Positions 1-8,879 of a stretch of 42,910 nt of DNA are shown here, piece after piece. Under the pieces are notes generated by a model. The model made no database searches, was not told the origin of the DNA, and was given only the letters and a program-made list of their open reading frames with translations. The stretch lies in the IMG/VR virus record IMGVR_UViG_3300018036_000022, positions 1 to 42,910 of that record; one strand, given 5' to 3'. The DNA comes from a virus. Position numbers and translations under genes: made by a program. Every line of letters begins with the position of its first letter. Position 1 is the stretch's first letter.

Positions 1-1
1 A

Positions 2-703
2 GAACCCGTACCAATGTCAGCATCTGACCCAGAACCAACACGTGAAATGAATAAGTACGACGGTCAGATATACAGTACATTGATGAAACAAGGATACGAA
101 ACACTCGCTAGAACAGGAGATGGTGTGTTTGCGTCCACGGTAACCGCTGTGGATATTGCAGCAAGAAAGGCAGATATCACTGATTTCTCGTTCAGGGAAC
201 ACGCCAAACCAATCGCTAATGACTGGGTATCGGCATACTTTGCCTTTGATGATAACCGTATTCACACGCAGTACAACACCAAGAATCGTATCATGTATAA
301 GAACACCTTGGCGTTCGGCGACGACGATTTCCCTAATCTTACAGGATTGGACGAGCTCGAGGTAGCCATCATTAATTCTTACTTCTCAAGACTGCGTACC
401 GTATCGGTATTGGCTCACATCAACTCTGCGCCAGAGATTGAATGCGGAAAGATGGTTGAGTACAAGAAGGAAAGATTCTCACCAAAACTAGCACCAGCCG
501 ATGATCCTGATGATAAGGTATCCTCGGGTAACTATCTTGTGGCCTCCATACACCATCATATCAGAAGGCAGGAGTACACAATGTCGATAGAACTCGTAAG
601 GGACGGCATGGGCGATGAAGCGGATCTGTACAACAATCAGGAGGTAAACCTTGGTGTACCACCTCGTCGTCAGGTCTCTATCTTAGATTATTCAGGAGGT
701 TGA
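2..703 (+). CDS. Baseplate hub subunit, gp27-like, C-terminal part; open reading frame continues off the left edge
   Basis: Frame is open upstream of the listed ATG at 14 (gaa ccc gta cca atg). C-terminal style 'GNYLVASIHHHIRRQEYTMSIELVRDGM' resembles hub proteins. It lies directly upstream of a gp5-like gene with a 4-bp ATGA overlap. Confidence 0.6.
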   Translation, partial: EPVPMSASDPEPTREMNKYDGQIYSTLMKQGYETLARTGDGVFASTVTAVDIAARKADITDFSFREHAKPIANDWVSAYFAFDDNRIHTQYNTKNRIMYKNTLAFGDDDFPNLTGLDELEVAIINSYFSRLRTVSVLAHINSAPEIECGKMVEYKKERFSPKLAPADDPDDKVSSGNYLVASIHHHIRRQEYTMSIELVRDGMGDEADLYNNQEVNLGVPPRRQVSILDYSGG

Positions 704-2199
704 TAATGAATTTTTATGTAGGAGTGGTTGAGGACCGTAACGATCCCAAGGCAATGGGTCGTGTTCGCGTCAGAGTACTAGGGCTACACTCGCCCGATAG
801 GCTGAACGATATCCCAATCGAATCACTCCCTTGGTCGAACGTAATGATGCCGGCCAATATGTCCACCGCGGCTGGTGGAGTATCGCAGCTCGTTGAGGGA
901 ACCTGGGTGGTCTGTATGTACTGGGACGAGAATATGCAGGACCCAATCGTTATGGGATCCCTACCAAATATGTTCCAGGGAGCCCAGGACGTCACGAGTC
1001 TACAGAACCAATTAACGCTAAACGAGGAACGTCAGGCAGAGATTCCTGCAGAGATAGCGGAACTCAGAGCGGTCGAAACGGACGATCCTGAGCAGCTCGA
1101 AAGAATCAGGCTGTCGATCGAATCGTTATCCAACGAGCTCGAGGAACTAAAGGAACGAGCGGCCGAACTAATACAAAGGATCAACGGTGCGCCAACGGAC
1201 TACGAGAAGGGATTCTCCGATCCTTTCGGCGTATACCCACGCGTGAGTTCTTCGGACTCCGACACCACTCTCGTCGGACAGGGCGGGGAGAAGTACAAGG
1301 AACATCCTACCTATCATATTCGTAATCGCTTGACGCTGCAGGACATACCTATGGCCAAGAGATACTCGGTCGCAACGATAGCCGAGGACGATCCTAACGG
1401 TGAGTACGAGAGAACCAACTGGAGCGAGAACGTACTACGCGGCGGTCAGAACTCCATATATCCGTACAACAACGTCAACGAGTACGAGGGTGGAATGATC
1501 GAGGAGAACGACTCTACTCCGGCCAACCAGAGAACAACAAGAATGCATCCGTCAGGAAGCTACGACGAGATCCTTGTCGACGGTACAAAAACGGTCAAGA
1601 TCGTTGGTGACGGATACGAGATCACTATGGGCAACCACTCGATGTACGTCAAGGGCGACCTGAACCTGACGGTCGAGGGTAACATGAAGCAGTTGGTCAA
1701 GGGCGACTACACGCTCGAGGTCGGCGGTGGATACCATCAGATGATCACAAAGGACCGTAGCGCAAAACTTCTGGCAAACGACCTCGTGGAGATCGGCGTG
1801 GATCAGGCCATCAACATAACGAACAATCGTAACGTCAAGGTGGGAGTCAACGAGACCCTCATCGTAGGAAACGATCAGACCGAGACCATCGGTAACGACC
1901 ACACGCTAACGATCAACAACGACAGTTCGACTCAGATCGCTAACGACAGGGCAAAGATGGTCGGTAACGACGAGTCGGCCGTCGTAGTAAAGAACCGTAC
2001 AATATCCGTCGGAGTGGATCAGTACCACGGCGTGATAGGAAACGACGAGACCGAGATCGACGGAAACCAGAGCCTCGTCCTTGTGGGTAATCAGACCAAC
2101 GAGATACAAGGGAACCAGGTGACGGACGTGAGTGGTAACATAAAGATCGACGCCGGCGGAAACATCGACGCGGACGCAAGCAACATCTATCTGAACTAA
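700..2199 (+). CDS. 5: Baseplate hub/central spike protein, gp5-like (N-terminal OB-fold, C-terminal beta-helix repeats; no T4 lysozyme domain visible)
   Basis: N-terminus 'YVGVVEDRNDPKAMGRVRVRVLGLHS...LPWSNVMMP...GTWVVCMYWDENMQDPIVMGSLPN' is typical of the gp5/VgrG OB fold. The C-terminal ~180 aa are short VxVGxxxx-type repeats. Confidence 0.88.
   Translation: MIMNFYVGVVEDRNDPKAMGRVRVRVLGLHSPDRLNDIPIESLPWSNVMMPANMSTAAGGVSQLVEGTWVVCMYWDENMQDPIVMGSLPNMFQGAQDVTSLQNQLTLNEERQAEIPAEIAELRAVETDDPEQLERIRLSIESLSNELEELKERAAELIQRINGAPTDYEKGFSDPFGVYPRVSSSDSDTTLVGQGGEKYKEHPTYHIRNRLTLQDIPMAKRYSVATIAEDDPNGEYERTNWSENVLRGGQNSIYPYNNVNEYEGGMIEENDSTPANQRTTRMHPSGSYDEILVDGTKTVKIVGDGYEITMGNHSMYVKGDLNLTVEGNMKQLVKGDYTLEVGGGYHQMITKDRSAKLLANDLVEIGVDQAINITNNRNVKVGVNETLIVGNDQTETIGNDHTLTINNDSSTQIANDRAKMVGNDESAVVVKNRTISVGVDQYHGVIGNDETEIDGNQSLVLVGNQTNEIQGNQVTDVSGNIKIDAGGNIDADASNIYLN
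1640..2190 (+). repeat. Coding repeats: ~8-residue beta-helix spike repeats of the gp5-like protein
   Basis: 'VKVGVNETLIVGNDQTETIGNDHTLTINNDSSTQIANDRAKMVGNDESAVVVKN...' periodic pattern. Confidence 0.75.
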
Positions 2200-2215
2200 C
2201 AAGGGGCGTGCCAAC

Positions 2216-4225
2216 ATGGCGATCGAATACATCAATAACGTACTGACGGTAACCAACGTAATAAAGTTCGGTACGGGTTCAGTCGAGCTCGGAACGGCGG
2301 CGGCCATACAGGACACCACTAAGTCAGAGCTGTATGCCTTTGACGATAACGACTACACATTCTCAACATGGATATACCTGAGAGGAACGCCCACCGGAGT
2401 CAATCAATTCATATTCGATTTTCGAGTAATCAACAAGGACTCAGACTCTGCTCCAGTACTATACCTACCAATAGGGTCGGTCGTACCACACTTCCATAAC
2501 ACAAAACCACCTACGGCCATACAAGCAATACTAGACTCCGATGGTAATCAGAGTGGAACGGAGGAAGTATCCGATGACTCCAACGCGCTAATAGTAGGGA
2601 ATACATCACTATCCTTTAATACATGGCAGCATATAGCGGTATCTCGTAAGGGAACAACCACTAAATTATTCCTTGACGGTACTAAAATCGGGGAAGTAAC
2701 TCAGAGCGTAAAGGATTTTTTTGGAGCGAAAAAAAATATAAAGGTAGGGGACGGACTTTTTGCAAATCTTGACGACGTTTTTGTCGCGAGAAATATTGGG
2801 CTTTATGACGTTGACTTCGTTGCTCCAACGGCGGAACAGGGTAACATCCCTCAGACGTCGCTACTGTTAACGTTCCCATCCAGCAGTCCCAGTACCCCAG
2901 TGGTCAGTGTAGGGACAGAGAACGAATCGTCGAGCGGCGTGGATATCGCTGCGGTCGTTGGTGGTCTCGCTGTTATCGGGGAGATCACTGGCGCCGTGGA
3001 TGTCTGTGGTGAGTCTGGTATAGTATCTCAGATCAGCGATGCTCAGAAGCAACTGAACTCTATTATAGCGGAGGGGAAGAACGCTATCTACGCGGTCGAG
3101 TCAAAGATCGCTGAGGCCAAGAACTATATTAAAACACTGAAGGAGAACCCCGACGTTATTAAGAGATCCCTGCAGGAGGACATTAATAATATACTATCGG
3201 AGGCATCACTGGCGGACCCTGCTGGTTTACCCGCTAGAATACTAGAGGTCAAGGACGCGTATCAGGACGCCACGGGGGCGGTCGATAGAATACTAGCAAA
3301 CGTGGATCAGTTCATCAAGGATCCATTGAACACCCCTCTGAGCGTCTGCGATGATATCCCTAACATAACTAAACTAGGGGAATCCGTATCGGCTCTTGCT
3401 AATAACAGTAAGATGCCTGACTTTAGTTCCGTTCCAGAGGATATCATTAAGGCGGTTCAGAAGGACTTCGAGGAGACCATACCTTCCTTTAGTGGTACGG
3501 CCGAGGAGCTGATGGCTCTAGGGAATCCAGAGACGTTGGTCAAAACGGCACCACGTATCGCACTACCAGACGTTGGAGCGGATAAGGCCAGAGCGGGTAG
3601 GGTTACGGTGGCGCAGGCCTTTAATCCGAGACCAGGAGACGCAGCGGTAGCGGCAAGGGCAGTGGCTAGTGGAACCAACCCTAGCACCAACGCAGCAGTG
3701 GCACCACCGGCCAATCTAGACAATCCGTTTCCTGATGGTAAACAGTTCGTGCCCGAGGACTTCGAGCCGTCTAAGTATAGTTCATCCATTGCTAGTAGAA
3801 TCAATACACTTGATCCATCCGTCCGTGGTCTATTCGCTTCCGCTATAATGGATTACCTTGATAATAACTTTGCGGACGGTAGGGATATCAACGCCACGGA
3901 GTGTTATAGAAGCCCTGAGAGGTCGGCTCAGTTAAAGGCATCAGGGATACGAGCAGCAGGGGCAGGACGCTCGTGGCATAACTACGGGGCCGCTATGGAC
4001 GTTGCCATATACGTTAATGGTAAATGGGATGACGGTACCAGAGGAGTAACGGAGTACACTGGTAGATGGCGTACCTCGGCTCAGAAGTACGGACTCGCTA
4101 ACGATCTATCAGGGGACACCGGACACAACTACGTGGCGTCGTTCGGCGCAGCGGTACCTGCCGCGGTACGTAATGGATCAACCAGTGTAGCGTCGCTCGC
4201 AGGAGGTAGTAGTGGACTCGCGTAG
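2216..4225 (+). CDS. Baseplate/tail-associated protein with N-terminal LamG/concanavalin-like domain and C-terminal M15-like (D-Ala-D-Ala carboxypeptidase / L-Ala-D-Glu peptidase) domain
   Basis: N-terminus 'DYTFSTWIYLRG...NTWQHIAVSRKGTTTKLFLDGTKIGEV...IKVGDGLFANLDDVFVARN' is LamG-like. C-terminus 'ECYRSPERSAQLKASGIRAAGAGRSWHNYGAAMDVAIY...GDTGHNYVASF' has the M15-type SxHxxGxAxD and terminal His signatures. Confidence 0.78.
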   Translation: MAIEYINNVLTVTNVIKFGTGSVELGTAAAIQDTTKSELYAFDDNDYTFSTWIYLRGTPTGVNQFIFDFRVINKDSDSAPVLYLPIGSVVPHFHNTKPPTAIQAILDSDGNQSGTEEVSDDSNALIVGNTSLSFNTWQHIAVSRKGTTTKLFLDGTKIGEVTQSVKDFFGAKKNIKVGDGLFANLDDVFVARNIGLYDVDFVAPTAEQGNIPQTSLLLTFPSSSPSTPVVSVGTENESSSGVDIAAVVGGLAVIGEITGAVDVCGESGIVSQISDAQKQLNSIIAEGKNAIYAVESKIAEAKNYIKTLKENPDVIKRSLQEDINNILSEASLADPAGLPARILEVKDAYQDATGAVDRILANVDQFIKDPLNTPLSVCDDIPNITKLGESVSALANNSKMPDFSSVPEDIIKAVQKDFEETIPSFSGTAEELMALGNPETLVKTAPRIALPDVGADKARAGRVTVAQAFNPRPGDAAVAARAVASGTNPSTNAAVAPPANLDNPFPDGKQFVPEDFEPSKYSSSIASRINTLDPSVRGLFASAIMDYLDNNFADGRDINATECYRSPERSAQLKASGIRAAGAGRSWHNYGAAMDVAIYVNGKWDDGTRGVTEYTGRWRTSAQKYGLANDLSGDTGHNYVASFGAAVPAAVRNGSTSVASLAGGSSGLA

Positions 4226-4226
4226 A

Positions 4227-4445
4227 ATGGCACTATGTATTGGAGTTGGGTCACAGCCATCCATATCGGGGGTATATGGTGCACGGTGTATTTTTGACGA
4301 AATAGTCTTACGCGTATCGACCCCAGACCGATATGAGTTGGTTCCAGTTTATATCGAGACCATTATAGAGCGGATCCGTTTTGAGTTCCTTGAGGTATTC
4401 GGCTCGCTCGTTGAGTTCCGTACCCTGAAACGCAAGGAACAGTAG
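4227..4445 (+). CDS. Small conserved-looking hypothetical protein (the track lists a GTG start at 4212; ATG at 4227 preferred)
   Basis: Start lies directly after the upstream stop (TAG AATG). 'MALCIGVGSQPSISGVYGARCIFDEIVLRVSTPDRYELVPVYIETIIERIRFEFLEVF...'. Confidence 0.5.
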   Translation: MALCIGVGSQPSISGVYGARCIFDEIVLRVSTPDRYELVPVYIETIIERIRFEFLEVFGSLVEFRTLKRKEQ

Positions 4446-4552
4446 ACTTAATGTGGAGTTGTTATTCAATTGTATATCCCCTTCTCTCGGATTGACTCTA
4501 TTATTATAACAGGTAAACATCATTGTGTAAATGGTTAAATGCATTTAATTTT

Positions 4553-4578
4553 AGCTCCAGAGAAAAAAATTTCCGGAG
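4553..4578. other. Imperfect hairpin in the 4446-4599 intergenic gap
   Basis: gctccagagaaaaaaatttccggagc: 5-bp GCTCC/GGAGC outer stem, one mismatch, then a 4-bp inner stem including one G-T pair. Confidence 0.4.
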
Positions 4579-4599
4579 CGGTAAAGGAGAAAATAGCTT

Positions 4600-4932
4600 A
4601 TGAACAATATGAAACTATCGATAGGCGTTGTGGTTGCCTTGGTACTACAGGTCTCTGGCTTTGTTTGGTGGACCGCTCAGCAGGCGCAGACCATACAGGA
4701 TATGGAGAAACAGGTTGAGCAACTAACGAGTCGTATGGCCGTGGAGGAAACGGTTAATATGGCAAGGGACATGGCCGAGATCAAAAAGAAACTCGTTGAG
4801 CAGGACGAATGGATCGACGATCTCTATTATACGGTCGATGAACTGACTAAGTTCGCCGAGTTCACTGAGAACAAATGGGCCGAGGCATACGACGAGGACC
4901 CTTCCTACACTCGTCGGTTCGGTAACAAGTAA
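4600..4932 (+). CDS. Small membrane-anchored coiled-coil protein (one N-terminal TM helix); i-spanin-like topology possible
   Basis: 'MNNMKLSIGVVVALVLQVSGFVWWTAQQAQTIQDMEKQVEQLTSRM...' is one hydrophobic segment followed by heptad-like charged helices. Good SD 'aaaggaga'. TAATG overlap with the PAAR gene. Confidence 0.7.
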   Translation: MNNMKLSIGVVVALVLQVSGFVWWTAQQAQTIQDMEKQVEQLTSRMAVEETVNMARDMAEIKKKLVEQDEWIDDLYYTVDELTKFAEFTENKWAEAYDEDPSYTRRFGNK

Positions 4933-5231
4933 TGCCGTCCGTAGCGAGAATAGGAGACTCTGCGAGTACGGGTCACGCCTGTACCGGTGTCACTACGATT
5001 ACAAGCCCTTCCTCAAACGTGTTCGCCAACTCCAAGGGCGTCGAGAGAAAGGGGGATCCCACGGTGGTCCATACCATTCTATCAGGCAACGTCTGTGTTC
5101 CTCACGTCGAAACGATCAAGGCCGGAAGCTCCAGTGTGTTCGTCAATGGTATCCCATGTGCCAGAGTCGGTGACGCCTGCGATGCAGGCGGTATAATCTC
5201 TGGGAGCCCCAATGTTTTCGCTGGTGGTTAG
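4932..5231 (+). CDS. PAAR-domain spike tip protein (T4 gp5.4-like)
   Basis: 'MPSVARIGDSASTGHACTGVTTITSPSSNVFANSKGVERKGDPTVVH...CVPHVETIKAGSSSVFVNGIPCARVGDACDAGGIISGSPNVFAGG' is a classic PAAR pattern. Confidence 0.92.
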   Translation: MPSVARIGDSASTGHACTGVTTITSPSSNVFANSKGVERKGDPTVVHTILSGNVCVPHVETIKAGSSSVFVNGIPCARVGDACDAGGIISGSPNVFAGG

Positions 5232-5233
5232 GG

Positions 5234-5241
5234 TATAAATA
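5234..5241 (+). promoter_or_regulatory. T4-type late promoter motif TATAAATA, immediately upstream of gp25
   Basis: Exact TATAAATA, 5 nt before the ATG at 5247. Confidence 0.55.
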
Positions 5242-5246
5242 AACGT

Positions 5247-5660
5247 ATGAGAACAGCAAACGACATACTGGCCCGTTCACAGGACTACTCGGATTTTGAT
5301 CTGGGGTTCAGTAAGAACGCCGTCACTAACGATCTGGCAAAGAAACGTGGCGCCGAGGCCGTCAAACAGTCAGTGCTCAATATACTACTCACCGGTCAGG
5401 GCGAGCGTCCCTTCATGCCGGCCTTTGGTGGAAACGTAAGGGCATACCTCTTCGAGAACTTCGATTCCGTAACCGAGGAGGTCGTGGCCGAACAGATAAG
5501 AACCGCTCTGAGGAACTACGAGCCAAGGGTGAGACTGGAGGAGGTCGTCGTAAGCGCCGACCCCGATAGGAACGCCATAGACGTTCGCCTAGAGCTAGAG
5601 ATACTAACACCAACGCAACAGACCACGTCGGTCGAGTTTACGGTTGAGAGACAACGATAA
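5247..5660 (+). CDS. 25: Baseplate wedge subunit gp25-like
   Basis: 'YSDFDLGFSKNAVTNDLAKKRGAEAVKQSVLNILLTGQGERPFMPAFGGNVRAYLFE' resembles gp25/GPW family. Confidence 0.92.
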   Translation: MRTANDILARSQDYSDFDLGFSKNAVTNDLAKKRGAEAVKQSVLNILLTGQGERPFMPAFGGNVRAYLFENFDSVTEEVVAEQIRTALRNYEPRVRLEEVVVSADPDRNAIDVRLELEILTPTQQTTSVEFTVERQR

Positions 5661-7474
5661 TGGCAGACAAAAGATTAAAAGTTTCAGAACTGGACTTCGA
5701 GCAGATCAAAACGAATCTGGTCGACTACCTCTCCGAGGATCCAGAGTTCGCGGACTATAACTTCGAGGGCTCTGCCCTAGGAACGATCACCAACCTTCTG
5801 GCGTACGTTACCCACTACAACGCGGTCAACGCCAACCTAGGAATCAACGAGACGTTTCTCGATACGGCACAGACCCGTGGATCCATCGTGGGTCATGCTC
5901 GTCTGTTAGGATACACGCCTAAGAGCGCAACCTCCGCTAAGGCCGTGGTCAATGTTACCGTCAACTCTCCTACCTCACAGAACCTAAACATTAGCCGTGG
6001 CCATAAGTTCAAGGCCTCCGCTTCTGGTACCACGTACAACTTTGTTACCATACAGGACTACTCAACGACCAACGCTGCCTTCACTGGAGTCGAGGTATAC
6101 GAGGGAACCCTTAAGAACCTTGAGTACGTCTACACGAGTTCGTCAACGGAGAGATTCATTATCCCTGATCCCGATGTGGATACGTCAACGCTCAAGGTGG
6201 ACGTCTACGACAACAAGGACGCGTCAACCTTTAAGACGTTTGTTCTGGCTAAGACGATCACAGAGATCACCTCAACGTCCAGGGTCTACTTCGTATCAGA
6301 GAATCCTGACGGTCGATTCGAGGTATCGTTCGGCGATGGAGTACTCGGTAAGGCGCTGGAGAACTCCAACCTTATTCGGATCTCATACCTCGTAACGAAC
6401 AAGGCAGAAGCAAACGGTGCATCACTCTTTACCAACGTGGACGCAATCGAGACCAACACCAACGTTACGGTGGTTACCTCGGCCAACTCTGCTGGTGGGC
6501 ACGAGAAAGAAGCGGATGATTCCATTCGACGTAACGCACCCATCACCTTTGCCTCTCAGAACAGATGCGTAACCCCCAAGGACTTCGAGGCCGTCATCAA
6601 GGAGAGCTTCGCTAACATCGATACGATCAAGGCATGGGGCGGAGAGGACAACGATCCACCGGACTACGGTAAGGTATTCGTATCGATCAAACCAGCGAAC
6701 TCTAGTATCCTATCGGCCGTTGAGCGTGAAACCATTTTGACCGATATCGTAAAACCAAAATCGGTGGCAACGATTAGAACAGAGATCGTGGATCCTTCCT
6801 ATACCTATATCTCACTTGAGGTGTTCTTTAAGTATAACCCATCGCTGACCACTAAATCAAAGGTACAGCTCGAGGAAGCGGTTAAGACAGCGATCGCTGG
6901 ATTCTCTACATCAACACTGAATACTTTCTCTGGTGTGTTCCGACACTCCAACCTATTGAAAACAATTGATAATACCGACGAGGCCATTCTTAGTTCAACC
7001 GCAAGGGTCTACGTCAAGAAAAGATTTGTTCCAACCCTGAACGTTGCGACGAGATACGAACTTGATTTCTCAACGAACCTATACAGTTCGCCCACCGAGG
7101 ACTCAGTTATCAATCAGTCCACACTGTTTACGGTTAACGGTAACACATGTCGTCTGCGTGATATTAAGAACGCTGACAACACTAGAACGGTTCAGGTCGT
7201 AAAGGGACAGGGAGCGAACACCGAGGTGATCATAGCCAACGCTGGTTTCGTTCAAGGTACCAAGGTTATACTGACGGCGTTCAATCCGTCAAACTTCCAA
7301 GGTAACTTTATCGAGGTCGAGTGTATTCCTGACTCGTTTGACGTTGCTTCGATTCGCAATAACTTATTGACCATTGACTCAGCTGACACTGCGGTGCAGG
7401 GTGAGATAGATTCCATTGCGGCAGGTAAAGAATTCTCAGGCGTAAGATATAACACAGTGTCTAGACATGGATAA
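5660..7474 (+). CDS. 6: Baseplate wedge subunit gp6-like
   Basis: 'LDFEQIKTNLVDYLSEDPEFADYNFEGSALGTITNLLAYVTHYNAVNANLGINETFLDTAQTRGSIVGHARLLGYTPKSATSAKA' is typical gp6/J-like; correct order after gp25. Confidence 0.93.
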   Translation: MADKRLKVSELDFEQIKTNLVDYLSEDPEFADYNFEGSALGTITNLLAYVTHYNAVNANLGINETFLDTAQTRGSIVGHARLLGYTPKSATSAKAVVNVTVNSPTSQNLNISRGHKFKASASGTTYNFVTIQDYSTTNAAFTGVEVYEGTLKNLEYVYTSSSTERFIIPDPDVDTSTLKVDVYDNKDASTFKTFVLAKTITEITSTSRVYFVSENPDGRFEVSFGDGVLGKALENSNLIRISYLVTNKAEANGASLFTNVDAIETNTNVTVVTSANSAGGHEKEADDSIRRNAPITFASQNRCVTPKDFEAVIKESFANIDTIKAWGGEDNDPPDYGKVFVSIKPANSSILSAVERETILTDIVKPKSVATIRTEIVDPSYTYISLEVFFKYNPSLTTKSKVQLEEAVKTAIAGFSTSTLNTFSGVFRHSNLLKTIDNTDEAILSSTARVYVKKRFVPTLNVATRYELDFSTNLYSSPTEDSVINQSTLFTVNGNTCRLRDIKNADNTRTVQVVKGQGANTEVIIANAGFVQGTKVILTAFNPSNFQGNFIEVECIPDSFDVASIRNNLLTIDSADTAVQGEIDSIAAGKEFSGVRYNTVSRHG

Positions 7475-8876
7475 AAATATCGCACCACACATATCGGCTC
7501 TCGTAGACTCGTTCGTACCCGAGCATATAGAAGCAAGCTATCCAAAGTTGGTTCTCTTCCTTAAGGCGTATCTTAATTTCCTTGAGGATACCAACAAGGC
7601 TTCCTACTATCAGAACACTTTACCCGAGCAGCGTGACGTGTGGCAGCAGGAACAACAGTTTCTTGCGCGTATTCAGAAAGAGATTGGGCTATACGTTCCA
7701 CGAGATTATGCGGCTACACCTAAGGTTTTCTATCAAAAGGTAGTGGATCTGTATAGATCAAAGGGTTCCGAAGCCGCGGTTAAAACGTTCTTTCAGCTAT
7801 TCATTGATGACGTAGTAGAGATTTATTATCCTTGGGAACAGGTACTGATTCCTTCTGACGGCCGTTGGGTCGTTGAGGATAAACTCAGAGTATCCATGTT
7901 GACCGGAGACGCTGACCTATTCGCTGGACAAGTTATTCGTCAGGTTGCGTCAGATGCCGTAGCAAAGGTTGATAAGGTAGAGCGTAGAGTATATTCGGAC
8001 GGAGTTATATTCGAACTTACTCTCGTGAAAGGAACTCAGTCAGGTACCTTTGAGGCAGGACAAACAATTTCAGCAGTTGGTGGATTATCCGCAGAGATAT
8101 ACAAATCAGTCTCAGGATTTAAGATCAACAACGGTGGCTCAGGATACGTTCCCGGTGATCGTATTCGCGTATTAGGATTCGAGGGTTTCTCGTTTAATGC
8201 CTTTGTATCATTCGTTGATCCAAACGGCGCAATCACTGATATCCGTATTAGTAACTACGGTGCAGGTAATACACCTGAACACGTAAAGGACGCTAACGTA
8301 TCAGAGATCTTTTACTTTAAGAACTTTGATCTTTATCGTTACTCAAACGATAGCCAAGCAGTAGACTCAACTTTAGATATCACATCAACGAACGGTAACG
8401 GTGCAGACATTGATTTACTGTTTGACACCGTGGTAACAACCGCAGGTGAGTATCGCGGAGTCAAAGGTCAGCTATCAGAATCAATTGTGATTCAGGATTC
8501 TAAGTTCTATCAAAAGTATTCATATGAAGTATCAACTAACTACTCGACTGATATATGGCTTGATGCATTAAAGAGAACAGTTCACCCAGCGGGTATGGAA
8601 GTTTTTGGTAATATTCGTCTTAACGAGTTTGCCGATAACAGCATTAAGTCCAATGTAATATATACTGCAACAGTCGCACCTAGTGAGTATGAAGTACTTG
8701 AACGTCCAGTTCTTAAGAGTACTCCGCTTGGTTTCCGTCAGGACTATACGGTTCAGACAGAAGTATATTTCTCTGAGGCATATGTTGGTATTGAGGACTT
8801 TAACCTAGAGTTTATAGATGTCACTGAGTCGAGATCGCAGGGATTAACCGACGAAGTATTCGTTACACAGGATTAA
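7467..8876 (+). CDS. Baseplate wedge/virion structural protein, gp7-like by position and N-terminus
   Basis: 8-bp overlap with gp6. 'ISALVDSFVPEHIEASYPKLVLFLKAYLNFLEDTNKASYYQNTLPEQRDV' style. Sits between gp6 and gp8. Confidence 0.6.
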   Translation: MDKNIAPHISALVDSFVPEHIEASYPKLVLFLKAYLNFLEDTNKASYYQNTLPEQRDVWQQEQQFLARIQKEIGLYVPRDYAATPKVFYQKVVDLYRSKGSEAAVKTFFQLFIDDVVEIYYPWEQVLIPSDGRWVVEDKLRVSMLTGDADLFAGQVIRQVASDAVAKVDKVERRVYSDGVIFELTLVKGTQSGTFEAGQTISAVGGLSAEIYKSVSGFKINNGGSGYVPGDRIRVLGFEGFSFNAFVSFVDPNGAITDIRISNYGAGNTPEHVKDANVSEIFYFKNFDLYRYSNDSQAVDSTLDITSTNGNGADIDLLFDTVVTTAGEYRGVKGQLSESIVIQDSKFYQKYSYEVSTNYSTDIWLDALKRTVHPAGMEVFGNIRLNEFADNSIKSNVIYTATVAPSEYEVLERPVLKSTPLGFRQDYTVQTEVYFSEAYVGIEDFNLEFIDVTESRSQGLTDEVFVTQD

Positions 8877-8879
8877 AAA

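Noticed and set aside
1640-2190. Possible CRISPR-like or DNA tandem repeat array
   Set aside because: Periodicity is at protein level (beta-helix rungs) with variable nucleotides; no repeat-spacer structure.
1552-2319. Minus-strand ORFs (116 and 137 aa) opposite the gp5 repeats
   Set aside because: They mirror the repetitive beta-helix coding region; Val/Asp-rich shadow composition.
4308-4544. Minus-strand ORF of 78 aa across the intergenic gap
   Set aside because: Mostly antisense to the 4227-4445 ORF, no recognisable RBS or domain; not enough support.
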